A stretch of 64,000 nt of DNA, from contig NMRA01000614.1 in assembly GCA_002633005.1 (NCBI GenBank), positions 138,974 through 202,973 on the forward strand, read 5' to 3'. Positions 38,901-50,800 of this stretch are shown here, piece after piece (position 1 is the stretch's first letter; each line of letters opens with the position of its first letter). The notes beneath the pieces are model-generated. The model did not search any database, was not told where the DNA came from, and was given only the letters and a program-made list of their open reading frames with translations. Source of the DNA: Phoronis australis (Eukaryota > Animalia > Phoronida). The translations under genes were made by a program, and so were the position numbers.

Positions 38901-40267
38901 ACAAGGAATAAAAAAACTATTGGTTTAGGAATGAAGATAGAATTCTCATACTGAACACGCACACTCAAGGCAAATGTTCATTTTAGGTGCACTGTCGAGC
39001 GTCATAAGTGCCGTCTCGGGTCAACGTAAAAAAGGTCCGCAGGCGATGCAAACGCGTTCCTTTTATCCAAAGTCAACACATCTACAACGGGGCGCCAGCG
39101 TCTTCAGTGACGCCGTGATTCAGCCTCAGCAACCGTCACCGTTAGAGCTTAACGAACTGCCTAGTCCACGCGCTGCAGAAGTACAATACCTCCAGCCGCC
39201 GCTTACCACATCAGCCTCAGCCTCTAGCTCATCTTCACACATACCAAAGTCTTGCTCCAACACGACGGGTCCTCTGTCTGGCCACTCGCCTGTAGAGTAT
39301 GATGTGGTTCATGGTCACCCGGAAAAGTGCAGCATTAGGTCCTTCAGCGACATCGACATCCGACTGGAAGCTATCAACGAGTAAGTAAATCAATGATATT
39401 GAAAATGTCGCCGCCTTTGTCACGCAAGACTGGTAACCGGGCACGGGTCCAGGTGGGTTCTATGGTACCTGAACCATGGGCGGCGCACCTTCGGGGGCTG
39501 GGGGCTATAGCCTACACTTATTTCAATGCTGTGCCGCCCATCGTCGGGTCCCCTCTACTCGGCCACTTTTGTATTGATGCAATGGAGGCATACTAAGTGC
39601 CCCTTGTCAGTCCTTTGACAAACCTATAATGATGATCCTGGATCCGCGTCTGGTTACTGTGAGCATTTGAAGGCTGGAGTTGAGTAGTCCAATATTTTAT
39701 ACTTTTGGGAACTCAAATAAATAGAGTTTTGTGACGACGAACCAGATGGACCACAGAATGTTTACGAATAAAACAAAGATCCCAGATCGATTAATTGCTC
39801 ACAAGGGAGGATACGTCCAGACAGTGTCATTTTTGTTTGATTTACAATTTTTGTTAGCTTATTGTCAGTGCTGAAGTTCTTGTGGCCGATCTAGTGTCAG
39901 GAATGGATCTGGACTGTTTAGAAAGTTCAAACAAGAGCCGTGCGGCAGCAATGATATTATTCGATATTACAGGAGAATGAACAACTTTGAGAACAACTTG
40001 TGCACGACAGTCGACGCCATTTTGGAGATTCTGGGTCACAAGCCACAGATAATTCGAGAACAATTCCTGCAGCGTACAACGCGTCCTAAAGTTTTATTTA
40101 GTGACTCTCTTCTCACGGCAGCGCCAAGCTCGAGCGTTGGCACGGGAACGCCGTCCAGCGCGAGCGAGGTCACTGTTGCTCAGCGTTCACCTTCAGACTG
40201 CATAATGACAATACCGCATCTCGTGAAGTCTCCAAGCGAAACTAGTGGCATCCTGAAACGGTATTAA
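23442..40267 (+). CDS. KCNH2-like (Erg): Ether-a-go-go-related (Erg, KCNH2/6/7-like) voltage-gated K+ channel; 10 coding exons found, N-terminal exons not identified
   Basis: Exons 23442-23918, 24395-24794, 28659-28858, 29395-29494, 33069-33224, 34253-34446, 37012-37141, 37930-38139, 38987-39380, 39973-40267; all GT-AG, phases consistent, 2556 nt. Motifs: [14 protein letters not shown]4 [14 protein letters not shown], pore [13 protein letters not shown]-linker [28 protein letters not shown] and VRALTYCDL. Confidence 0.95.
24395..24794 (+). CDS. KCNH2-like (Erg): Erg channel exon (S4, S5, pore, start of S6)
   Basis: ctatag|ACCATG ... GGAT|gtaagt; GFG selectivity filter. Confidence 0.96.
25621..26130 (-). 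mobile_element. TTAA-bounded Kolobok-like MITE carrying a nested GC-rich MITE
   Basis: TTAAAAGGATGCTAAATCCCG ... CCGGGTTTGGTATCCTTAA; inverted homolog of 26606-26949. Confidence 0.65.
25684..25833. mobile_element. GC-rich MITE with 5-bp TSD CAATG (hAT5-like)
   Basis: caatg|CATGGCCGACGCATC ... GATGCGCCGCCCATG|caatg. Confidence 0.8.
26606..26949 (+). mobile_element. TTAA-bounded Kolobok-like MITE
   Basis: TTAAAAAGATACCGAAGCCGGTTTT ... AAAACAGGGTTTAGCATCCTTTTAA; homologous to 30969-31340. Confidence 0.7.
28434..28592. mobile_element. GC-rich MITE with 5-bp TSD CGCAT (hAT5-like); sister copy at ~62152-62311
   Basis: cgcat|CAGGGGCGGATCC ... AATCCGCCACTG|cgcat; internal GTATTAGCCAGGATTTTGCC is shared with the 62-kb copy. 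Confidence 0.85.
28659..28858 (+). CDS. KCNH2-like (Erg): Erg channel exon (S6, C-linker)
   Basis: ttccag|CCCTCATG ... AACCAG|gtctgt; [18 protein letters not shown]...[11 protein letters not shown]. Confidence 0.95.
29395..29494 (+). CDS. KCNH2-like (Erg): Erg channel exon (C-linker)
   Basis: tttcag|GTTCTT ... CCAG|gtacgt; [33 protein letters not shown]. Confidence 0.95.
30762..30919. mobile_element. Two adjacent copies of the short CATGGGCGGCGCA-type GC-rich MITE
   Basis: Each has ACTGAAATAAG, a G/C run and a TGGTGCGC...CCATG end, as at 39475 and 47766. Confidence 0.65.
30969..31340 (+). mobile_element. TTAA-bounded Kolobok-like MITE
   Basis: TTAAAAGGATACCTAGTCCGGTTTT ... AAAACAGGGTTTAGTATTCTTTTTAA. 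Confidence 0.7.
31954..32870 (+). mobile_element. 5'-truncated Penelope-like retroelement (RT C-terminal linker, GIY-YIG endonuclease, 3' end) in an Erg intron
   Basis: Open frame 31954-32676: [108 protein letters not shown]. Confidence 0.92.
32782..32815 (+). ncRNA. Minimal hammerhead-ribozyme-like motif (U3-A8 core variant) at the Penelope 3' end
   Basis: TTGATAA-A-GGA(agttgttaca)TCC-GAAA-ATTTC, about 105 nt after the GIY-YIG stop. Confidence 0.55.
33069..33224 (+). CDS. KCNH2-like (Erg): Erg channel exon (CNBHD)
   Basis: tttcag|GTTGTC ... CTTG|gtaatg; [25 protein letters not shown]. Confidence 0.95.
34253..34446 (+). CDS. KCNH2-like (Erg): Erg channel exon (CNBHD)
   Basis: tttcag|GTAAAG ... 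CGCAAG|gtgagt; [24 protein letters not shown]. Confidence 0.95.
37012..37141 (+). CDS. KCNH2-like (Erg): Erg channel C-terminal exon
   Basis: ctcaag|GGTGAT ... AAAG|gtgggt; phase 0 to 1, fits neighbours. Confidence 0.8.
37930..38139 (+). CDS. KCNH2-like (Erg): Erg channel C-terminal exon
   Basis: ttatag|AATACG ... GCAG|gtacga; open, phase 1 to 1 ([10 protein letters not shown]...[10 protein letters not shown]). Confidence 0.8.
38987..39380 (+). CDS. KCNH2-like (Erg): Erg channel C-terminal exon
   Basis: ttttag|GTGCAC ... AACGA|gtaagt; Ser/Pro-rich, ends with the coiled-coil start [11 protein letters not shown]. Confidence 0.85.
39439..39652. mobile_element. GC-rich MITE with a second MITE (39475-39542) nested inside
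   Basis: Outer CGGGCACGGGTCCAGG ... CCTGGATCCGCGTCTG; inner CATGGGCGGCGCAC ... TGTGCCGCCCAT. Confidence 0.6.
39973..40267 (+). CDS. KCNH2-like (Erg): Erg channel last coding exon
   Basis: ttacag|GAGAATG; [20 protein letters not shown] resembles the Erg tetramerization coiled coil; TAA ends at 40267. Confidence 0.85.
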
Positions 40268-41927
40268 TTCTCTTTACGAACATGTGCTGAGTCGAATTAC
40301 GCCGTTGAAGGAGATCGAAGCCGCGAATGATGGTCCTCAAAACAGATAAAAAATTCCAACTACAATCATGAAGAGTTGCCAATTCTTTCTTTGATCGTGT
40401 TCATCTGTATCTCCAGGAAACTACTCACTTTAATCAACAAGGATTTAGATTACAATACGCACATGTTATTCAGTCAACCATTCGTTACCAGTTCCAGCCA
40501 AATACCGATGACTTTGGTTATCATGTTATTTCAGTTTTAGGTTGAAGACCCGAAAAGTTTAGTTGATTCACACATCAGTAACAACTAAGATAAATTCGAA
40601 AGTGATGGCTATATGGAACGTGATATACAACTGTATCTTCAACCATCTTTTACTGTACAAGTTTCAGTTGAAATGATGATCAGAATCGTTCGGTTCTCGA
40701 TTATACAGCATCCTGGTGGTATGGAATGACGAGTGGACTTTTGTCTCGTTTTCTACTTTTTTCCGATTTATTTGTTTCTCCGAGGCGGACCTTTTTGCCC
40801 GCTTCGCCATATGGGGGCTCGTCTCGAGCCAGCCTGGGTGGGCGCATGCGAGTTCGTTCCTAAATGCATATTCTAGATTAGTTACTCCACCTCGCCTCGT
40901 TTTCTTAGATATACTCGGGAGATTAAGAAATGATACGTTGGCTGTGCCTGCTGCGGCACTGCCGCGTCGGCCATTTTGGCGGCGTCCAGGTAACAACGAA
41001 AGAGTAGGAGGTCACCGCCTCGACTCGATGTCAGTCAACTTTGCTTGGTAGTATTTGTAGGAATGGGCGATTAGTGATAAACAGGTTTTAAATTGTAGCT
41101 TTCACCTCAAGTGAAAACTAGTGATTTTAAGAACCCTGTCATGCGTTTTTGGCTGTAAAACCGACTGTGTCCCTTTAAAGGTCGAATGCCGGCATGAGGT
41201 ATAACCTGAAAATTCATCGGATGAGTCGTAGAAAGGGTTATACAACTGAAGTAGCGTGTGCTCGTTACAAATAGCAATCTGCAGGTCATTATATAATCAG
41301 TACGTTACATCTTATACTTTATTCATGAGCTCACTTTTGGAATTAAGTCAAAAAAATGGAAATTCAAACTAAGCTAATCGAAAAATATAATGTGAAATTC
41401 AATTCATCAATATTTATATTGTCGTAGAAGAAAAGCGAGTTGTATCTCATTTCGTATACTTGCTAAAATCCTCCATGTCGAGAAAAAATGAAGGTCCCTG
41501 GTCGGCGCTCATAGGTGTACTTCAAAATTCTCTGTTCATACTCTTTACCTCTGGTGTATACTTCCCTCTAAATTTAGCACTACACCACTAGGACTTATAT
41601 GATTTAGTACAGTGTATATAAACTTGTATTTTGAGCAGACTGAAGTGTTTTTTGTTAATCACGACTGTCTTTAAAAGTGACATCCCAGACAAATATCGTA
41701 CTGTGCTAGCAAATTCCCGGCGGAGCGGGATCGCGTATATGGTCGTTTTTCCGTAAACAAATGTTATAAATCCCCATTGTTTCACGGGGAAAGAATACAG
41801 TGTTTAGTTAATAATGGTCTGTAGGACAATTGGGCTGCCTGTGTTACGTTTTAACTTGTGCATTGAAGTATACTTTGTGCACTTGGTTTTGTTTGATACG
41901 ATTGTTTTGATAAAATGAAAAATATAA

Positions 41928-41933
41928 AATAAA
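41928..41933 (+). terminator. Candidate polyadenylation signal of the Erg gene
   Basis: AATAAA ~1.66 kb after the stop, followed by GT-rich sequence. Confidence 0.45.
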
Positions 41934-42078
41934 GACCTCAATCGCATGTGTTATGACTGAAGGTTTGATCTGAAAATACAAGTAAAACAATACCTTTCCA
42001 TTGCACATTTATTATAAACCTCTCTTTCAATTATAAATATGTAAATCTTAAACCAGGGTGGAAATATAGATCCCAAAC

Positions 42079-43088
42079 CAGTGGCGGATCTAGGATATCA
42101 CAAGGGGGGGGCCCAACATTTTGTCCGGCTGTAAGCATTTGCGCAAACTGAACCACGATTGTAGATGCGCATAGCACCGAATGGGGGGAGGTCGGGAGGG
42201 GGGTTTGCCCCCCNNNNNNNNNNNNNNNNNNNNNNNNNNNNNNNNNNNNNNNNNNNNNNNNNNNNNNNNNNNNNNNNNNNNNNNNNNNNNNNNNNNNNNN
42301 NNNNNNNNNNNNNNNNNNNNNNNNNNNNNNNNNNNNNNNNNNNNNNNNNNNNNNNNNNNNNNNNNNNNNNNNNNNNNNNNNNNNNNNNNNNNNNNNNNNN
42401 NNNNNNNNNNNNNNNNNNNNNNNNNNNNNNNNNNNNNNNNNNNNNNNNNNNNNNNNNNNNNNNNNNNNNNNNNNNNNNNNNNNNNNNNNNNNNNNNNNNN
42501 NNNNNNNNNNNNNNNNNNNNNNNNNNNNNNNNNNNNNNNNNNNNNNNNNNNNNNNNNNNNNNNNNNNNNNNNNNNNNNNNNNNNNNNNNNNNNNNNNNNN
42601 NNNNNNNNNNNNNNNNNNNNNNNNNNNNNNNNNNNNNNNNNNNNNNNNNNNNNNNNNNNNNNNNNNNNNNNNNNNNNNNNNNNNNNNNNNNNNNNNNNNN
42701 NNNNNNNNNNNNNNNNNNNNNNNNNNNNNNNNNNNNNNNNNNNNNNNNNNNNNNNNNNNNNNNNNNNNNNNNNNNNNNNNNNNNNNNNNNNNNNNNNNNN
42801 NNNNNNNNNNNNNNNNNNNNNNNNNNNNNNNNNNNNNNNNNNNNNNNNNNNNNNNNNNNNNNNNNNNNNNNNNNNNNNNNNNNNNNNNNNNNNNNNNNNN
42901 NNNNNNNNNNNNNNNNNNNNNNNNNNNNNNNNNNNNNNNNNNNNNNNNNNNNNNNNNNNNNNNNNNNNNNNNNNNNNNNNNTAATTAATAAACTCACCAT
43001 TTCCCTACGCTCTTACTGTTTTATTTTTTTGCGGCAGCCAAGGGGGGGGGCCCGGGCCCCCTGGGCCCCCCCCCTAAATCCGCCTATG
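42079..43088. mobile_element. GC-rich MITE with 5-bp TSD CAAAC that spans the assembly gap
   Basis: caaac|CAGTGGCGGATCTAGG ... CCTAAATCCGCCTATG|caaac. Confidence 0.75.
42214..42981. other. Assembly gap (N run)
   Basis: 768 N. Confidence 1.
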
Positions 43089-43096
43089 CAAACGGA

Positions 43097-43553
43097 CATT
43101 TTAAGTCTGGTGTGCACGTCATCTGTTGGCCACATCACATCACCTAGAGACCCAAGTCTAAAAAGATTTCTGCCTCATCTGGGACTCGAACGCGGACCTT
43201 CTGCTAACCTCGCAGAAGGTCCCGAGCTTAAGATTTACATATTTACACACTCTTAGGAGTTACAGAGTGGAATGCCCACTACTAAAGTCTGATTGGATTT
43301 ATGTGTTTGGCCATGGAGAAGGTCCTTGGGCCTGAGGTTTACTTAGTTATATGGTACACTTAAGTGTTCAAGGGAGGGTTGTCCATTACCAAGTTTGATT
43401 GAATTTCTGTGTTTGACCGGCGTTCCCGATGGCTCAGTGGACTAGCAGAAGGTTCCTGTTTTCAGTCCTGGTCGGGCAAAAACCTTGACAGACTTATATT
43501 GATTAGGTCACCTGATGTGGCCAACAGATGGCGTGCAGACCAGACGTAAAATG
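43097..43553. mobile_element. Inverted pair of ~120-bp tRNA-derived repeats (SINE pair, or MITE with tRNA-like TIRs)
   Basis: 43097-43207 is the reverse complement of ~43443-43553; A box TGGCTCAGTGG at 43430 (+), B box GTTCGAGTCC at 43182-43191 (-). Confidence 0.65.
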
Positions 43554-43575
43554 CGACTTCTTTCAAACAACAGTG

Positions 43576-43581
43576 TTTATT
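43576..43581 (-). terminator. Candidate polyadenylation signal of the nucleotidyltransferase gene
   Basis: TTTATT (AATAAA on the - strand) ~1.08 kb downstream of the stop at 44659. Confidence 0.45.
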
Positions 43582-44658
43582 GCAACTTAACATCAAATCA
43601 TAGTTCAAGTCCAAGACAGTAATTCAGTATACAAAAATTAGGCAATAATTGCATTTACTCACTTTACTTTAATTCTAACATGTATCAGTCAATTGATTTA
43701 GTTAAAAACTGCATTAATTAATTTAGTTTCAAAGCTCAACAACCTTCTGACAAGTAACCGACCAAATTTAATCAGCAGATGTTTCATGTCAACATATCAA
43801 ATAAATCCTTAATAATACCAGAAATGCGTGGGAAAATGTGCCAAATATTTTTATCATATTAAGCACAGAATGAGTCAGAATGTATGACTCCACATTCACT
43901 AGAAACAGAAACTAGTTCATCAGCATTGGGGTGTTCATATTGAAAAGAGACCACAATAAACTCGGCCTTTTCACAACACCATGTATTGCATCAATAGATT
44001 TGTAAAATCCCAACTGTTGTCGAGGGGACTGTTTATCAGGAACTCAGATCAAAGTTCCTCCTGTGTGGAGTAGACCAGCAATGGCATCAAAGCACAAAAA
44101 TATTGGCTAAAATACATTGATGTATCGAGGACTAAAACTGGTGATTTTTTGACCTGCATGGGTTATAAAATTGAATTATTCATAAACAAATGAGACAGGG
44201 ACATTTTTACTCAGAACATATGACAAAACAAAAGCAAAATTGATACGTTAGGTTTTTGTTCTCCAGTACCTGGTGATGAATGGACTTAGTAATTTTTTAA
44301 AAAATGGTAGATAATTGGCCTTAGTAAGTCAGGATGCAAACGAGTACCAGAACCCTTAACGATGGACGAGATTGATATTTGGATCTAGCTTCGACTTAGA
44401 AAATGCACAAGGACTTTTTTAATGCCGAATGGTTTTTGATGGATTGAAGCATTTCTACATAAGGTTGAATCCAGCCTTGATTTACAAAATGGTGTCTTCT
44501 AGAGTTGAAATCACACACAAAGTTTTTTGGAATGCCACATGGTTTTTCCTGAATGCACGCATTTCTACAAGAGGTACGATCCATGCTTAACTAGCAACAC
44601 CTACAATAGAGTGAATTTTGACTTTTTATTTAACAGTTATCCTAACAAAGGCACTTCG

Positions 44659-44826
44659 TCAACTATCTAATTTACATGGCCATCCCCTAACATCCATAAT
44701 CCATGATGTCAAAATGTGAGGATCGACATTTTCTGATAACCGTTCTTCTCGGGCAGCCAGGTCATCTTTCAACTTGGCAATTTTTTCAGTGGCAAAATCG
44801 TAAAGAGCCTCACGACACAGGTCACC
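44659..44826 (-). CDS. Nucleotidyltransferase gene, last exon
   Basis: gtgcag|GGTGAC; GDLCREALYDFATEKIAKLKDDLAAREERLSENVDPHILTSWIMDVRGWPCKLDS*. Confidence 0.85.
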   Translation of the reverse strand, partial: GDLCREALYDFATEKIAKLKDDLAAREERLSENVDPHILTSWIMDVRGWPCKLDS

Positions 44827-47800
44827 CTGCACAAAAGAATACAGTAAATAAAATTACAAGTACATGTGGCTCCCTCTGTCTACTGCAAATATGTACATGC
44901 CAAAAACAGAGAATTCAAAAATCCACACTTCTGGTGAAGATGAATTTTTGAATACAGGGTGAACAGAAAAGTTGGACCAACTTGCAGATATTCAGCATTT
45001 TCAAACCAGGTTAATGTTTTTAAACAGGCCATAGTTTAATGGATCAAATTAGAAATTTCTGAAGAAGCAATCCTTAAGAAGAAGCCCACCCAGGCATTCT
45101 TCAAAGATAATTCATGACAGTCAGAGGGAACATATTTTTCCTCTGCTCTGACTGTTTACTTTTAGGTCTATTGACTTATGGTCAATTTTGGAAATAAGAA
45201 GATACATGTTATGGTTATGAACTAGCTTATTTACAAGTGTGTGTTTTTCGCCAAATCTACAAAAATACAAATTTTAACTGGTAGTATAAGTACATATTTT
45301 ATGAAAGTAAAAAGCCTGTAGAATTTGATTTTGACTTTTTACCAATCTCAGATTAATTGCTCGTCTTAGATGGATTTTCTTTTTTGAAAACGTGAGCAAC
45401 TAAAATAAGATGCACCAGTCATTTGATTTTCAAAAAAATCACAGACCAGAAACTAATTTTTACTCTTGTGTTTCACTGCTGCAGTTTGTGTACAAGCCGA
45501 ACACGAGGACGTTCTAACAAACATTGCCAAATATTGAATAAAACAGAGTTAGGTGACAATAAAACATTTTGTTAATTACTTCAGGCCTGTACAAACACAA
45601 CATTAATTTGAAAACCTGTAATCTTTTGCTCAGAAAATATAAACAAACTTGCTGAGATTTGAAAAAAAATAAACAGCAATGAGCTTGTTACCTCTAGAGG
45701 GGCTTTCCTGATCTTCATAATGAACTCCCTCTCACTCTCTGTACATCTGACAGGGGGCGCCTTTCTGTTCAGCATGTACCCAAGGCTGTACAGCTTGTGG
45801 AATATCTGTTGTAACACACCGAGGCATAAACAATGCCAGCAACACACAAAGATCAAGAGAGATAAAATTCATAATATTCTGCACTGGCTTTGCAGAAGTT
45901 CTGCAAATCAGTGCGTAATATTCTGCATGGCAAAAAAATGAACTGCAATTAAGAAAATACTAATGGAGCAAATAAAAACTTAAGTTACACTGTAAACATG
46001 TACAGCCCAAGGTGTAGATTTGTATCAAATCATTTTTATGGTCCAAAGTAGATATGAGAAATGTGAGGAACCATTCCACCCACTTTGAGACTAAATAAGA
46101 AAGTCTCATTTGAAAAACGAAAGTGTTCTAGAGAGAGCCAATCAGCAAAAGAAGAGGGCTCAGTCCAACATGGTACTGTTGATCCTGTCGCTAAGTCTGT
46201 AGTATCAAACTTGATTAATTCTCCTAGGCAGTTAGGGGGATTTCACGTATAGCTTCGCTGTCATTATTCAAATGCATTGTGGGGTGTTTTTCAACTCTTA
46301 AAAAATCCGGTGACATCACAGAAAAGTTGGGGATGTTAACTGATTCAAAATTTGTGTTTTAGGAGGTGGAATTTGATTTCAGCATGATTGGATGGCCATC
46401 TGCTTCAAGAAAGACTTGAAATACTATGCCATGCACCTATTGGGTGCATGTTGAGGCTCATTTTTAAACTTACAATGTTCTATAATGGTTGCTTTGTCGT
46501 ACTCACGCTAAAAAGCATGTTGCTTTCAATTCTGGTACATGCAACTGACTAGCGTTGTCTTCCGTCTTATTGTTTACACGTCACCGAGTAACCCGTGATG
46601 TCACCAGATGTTTACGAGCCGACAACCATCCCATAATGCATTTGAAAAACATTTTGATTCGACATTGTTACAGCAGTGTGTGGCTATATATCAACACTAC
46701 TTACCTGGTAGAACAGTTTCCTCTCCCTTGGAGTGTGGATGTGTTTCTTGCCCTCAATCATTACCATATTGTTCTTAATTAGTCCTAGGTACTGTCTAAT
46801 TGCTGTCTCCGTCACAAACTCAGACTTCCGATCAGCCAATGCCTAAAACAACAAGTAAACTAAAGATAAAATTTTCAATTGAAGTGACATTTGTCAGTGA
46901 GAAAAACGGTTTCTGAGATCAGCCCCAAAGCGGAAACAAATTCACAACGTCAGTGGTCACATTCTAACACTTTGGTGACAGAGCTAAATTCCATTTGATA
47001 AATTGCAGAGTATTTTAAGACTTGGTTAAGTCCCCAGCCTTGGTATCGGAGAACGGCTAGAAGACAACGACAAGAATTAGTAATTTGCTACAAAAACACA
47101 ATGGATCTTGTTATTCTATATAGCTGGTCTAAGCTACTGACAAGACAACAACTAGATTCACGTAATTGATAAAACTTTTTTCAATCAAAGTTGATTCATG
47201 TTATGTCACCAAACCAAATAACGATTTTTCAATTTCTCCCAGCTTTTCCGGTTTTACAAGTCTGTGTTAAGAAAACTCGGGACTAGGATTAATGGAGCAT
47301 TCCACCCACTCACTTGCATTATAGTGACATCTGTGTTCAAATATAGAATTAGCCGCTGACATAATTCCTAGACCAAAAATTTTTAAGTCCATCTCAGAAT
47401 TCAAAAACCAACAAAAATGACAGTCAACTGCACATGTGACGTCTTCACCTATGTTCGATTACGAAGACAACTGGATGGCAAAACACAGAGTTGACTGTCC
47501 GGAAATGATGTTGCAGCAATGGTTAATATCCTCTACTCATAGCCGTGCTGTTCCAAAAAAGGGTTTTCTATCAGTGCTACAATTTTCTGAGTGTTGAGCC
47601 TTGGGAGTGTCTCTGTAAAACATACTTGGGTTTAAGGCAAAATTAACTTTTTTGAAATCTCTTATTTTGGGGAAAAACACACCCCGTGCTGATGAAACGT
47701 CAACAGCAAAACCAATTTGAAGGTTAGAAACTCACGCCCGAAAGTACAACTTTCCGACGTAACAACATGGGTAGCGCACCATAGGGTGCTGGGGGGGGGG

Positions 47801-50800
47801 GGGNNNGGGGGGGGGGGGGCTATAGCCCCCTCACTTATTTCAGTGCTGCACTGCCCATGAACAACACATGCTGACTTCAAGAATGGCACTTCTGAAAAAT
47901 GTTCCATCACAGCTGCCTCCAAACAAGTGGAATTGATGTCAAGTTCGTGCTGGCAAGATCTGTCTAAGTAGCTTACGTACCTGCCAAGCCTTACTGGTGT
48001 ATTCCAAATTGTCAGCGAACAAAAGCTGAAACAACATACAGTATTACAAATGGCAATTGCTACAAACATTTGCGAATAACTTAAATCAAAAAAAATACAA
48101 AGTACTGGTTTACCGAGTCACTCAGAATGTGTTTATAACGTGAAAGAGACCTGAAAGAGATCCCCATACTCAAATAGACCATTCAAAGCCTTGGTAAGAA
48201 CAAGGAGAGTCAAAATGCCATCAATTTATGACAAGGTTTGCCAATCCTTCCAAAACCGAACTGCTTTATATAAATCACAAAATGTTCTCCGAAGTCATTT
48301 TGATTGAACAAACCAAGTGTCAGGTTGGCAAGGACACTTTTTCAACCAGTTTGTGAGAGCTAAATCGGCTTATTTCATAAATTCATTACTTAAGCATTGA
48401 TAAGGATCCAATGCTCTTTCAGGCAACCCATGCATATTCCCAGTCATTAAGCCAGTCACCAAAAGAGGTAGCTGTGTACAACTCTGAAACATTCGACAAA
48501 GAACTCCATTGTGAAAACTCGAAAGCGACTTTCAGTTAACCCAAATTCAAGTTTTGCTGAGCAAGAAGGGCTGACTTGACAAAGGCAAGATGTAATTTCT
48601 TTCATTCACGGACATTTTGCAATGTAGGACATTTTGCAATGTAGGACATTTTGCAATGTAGGACATTTTGCAATGTAGGACATTTTGCAATGTAGGACAT
48701 TTTTGCAATGTAGGACATTTTGCAATGTAGGACATTTTGCAATGTAGGACATTTTGCAATGTAGGACATTTTGCAATGTAGGACATTTTGCAATGTAGGA
48801 CATTTTTGCATTAATCATTTGACTATCCCACCGCTGGTAATTTGACAACAAAAATTATGATCGTCAACAAAATGAGAATGCAACTGTGTTAAATCTCCAC
48901 TCCAAGACACAACTGAACCCCAGGTGGTGCTGACCGCTGTCCACTCAATATTCTAAAGAATTTTCACCATAATATGTTAAGTTTCCTACACTCTTAAACA
49001 GACCTCTAACAATTGGTGTTTTTCGACCCCTGACCCTTGCATCTGCTGCAGTTAATGTGTCTTAATTCACATTCCCCACCGAGACCCCGCTTTACCTCCA
49101 GTATCACCACACTTCCCTTCCACAGCATTTCGCAGAAAAGGCGTGCCTCGTAGGCCCCATACTCGAACGACTTGGTGGGTCCCCTACTCTCAAAACACTC
49201 CGGTAATCTTTGACTGGATGAATACGCCACCTGAAACCAGATGTATCTGGAGTATATTTACCATTATCAAGTATTTGGTGAAATTGAACTTCAAAAGAGT
49301 GATAAGTTTGCTAGTACGCTCAAAAGCAGACAACTAAAAACATACGCTACAATAGGCCCATCCCAAATTACTCAGCGATAGAACTCTCCTTTGTTCTGGA
49401 GATAAGAAAGCACGTGACCTAGTTTTGGAAATCACGCACATTTTCGTGTCTCTCATTGATGTCAGGAAAGTAAAAAATATCAGATCATGCATCCATGGAT
49501 ATTTGTCCACTTTATCAAACTTTTTCACGTCGGAGTTGCAGCCCATGGACATCAGAGGGAAGAATAGAGCAATGCAACCGAGAAAACTTGTAAACAGACA
49601 ACAATTAACATGTGAAATTCCAGTGGCATGAAAACAAGGCAGCAAATGTGCGTGACGGATGTTTACAGCATTGTGGATATACAGTGTGATTCGCGTGGCG
49701 CTGTGTAATCTGGGAGAGTCCTTTTCAAAGTCATCGTTTATCATAAACACAATGGTTCAATAACAGAGTATAATATTCAAAATGATATCGCTTGATTACA
49801 AATTAATCGTGTACACTCACCATCGGTTCATGAGCATAGATGACCACATAATCAACATCACTCTCTGGTGTTGACAGATTGTACAAGAAGCTGCCTGCCT
49901 GGGCTACCATGAGGATCTGTTCGGGAGCCATCTTGGAAACTTGATCGCCTATTCTATTCATGATACTTCTAAGCTTTGCCTTATTTTGGGCGTCTTGAAA
50001 GATAAAATGTCAAGTAAACTGAAAAGTAACAAACGACAAATCCATTCCAGCTCTATGTAGATACCCTGAGATGGAAAGATGAGAGAGATGCAATTTGGGG
50101 ATTTCATCTACAGTGCTGATGCCCTTTTCAAATGCATTGTGGGAGACTTGTCGTCTCATAAACATCTAGTGACATCAATATAACATGGTGTGTGTGTACA
50201 AAATAATGCGAAACAACACTTTGGTGCAAGTATGACAATGCAAAAATAAAAGACTGAACATGAGTCTCAAAAAGCCTCAAATAACTACACACTAGCAAAC
50301 CTGTTGTATGAGAGCTCATGCTGAAGTTAAATTTCCCCACGTAAATCATTAATCCCACAATGCATTAGAAGAACAACAGGGGGTAACTTATAATCACATG
50401 AAAAACCAAGTAGTCCAATTAAGGTCACAAAAGAGGTGATTGTCGCCAAGTTGCCAAGGCATTTTGTTCAAAAAAGCTTAGAGTATATTTGTGTAGGTTT
50501 TAAAAAAATGTAGGCGGAAGATTTTTTCTTTTAACAGTGAAGCGCAGGTTTCAAAATGCATCGGGCACACACCAGAACCAATTCTTCTAGTTTGTTTGGC
50601 CTGACTAGCATAACATTCATGTGCAAAATGCTGATATTCTGGTCCATCACGAGTGGACACCAAGGGCAAACAGAGCTTAACCACAAATCACGCCAATGGA
50701 TTCATGTAAACAGTAAGAAGGCAGATCTAACATCTGATTTGGAGTTGGACTATAAGAAGATGATTCAGGTGTCTGAATGCTGTAAATTCAGAAAATTTTG

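Noticed and set aside
42098-43256. Long poly-X ORFs
   Set aside because: Produced by the N gap.
48547-48851. Repetitive ORFs (KCPTLQNVLHCKMSYIA)n
   Set aside because: Translation artefact of an intronic 17-bp minisatellite.
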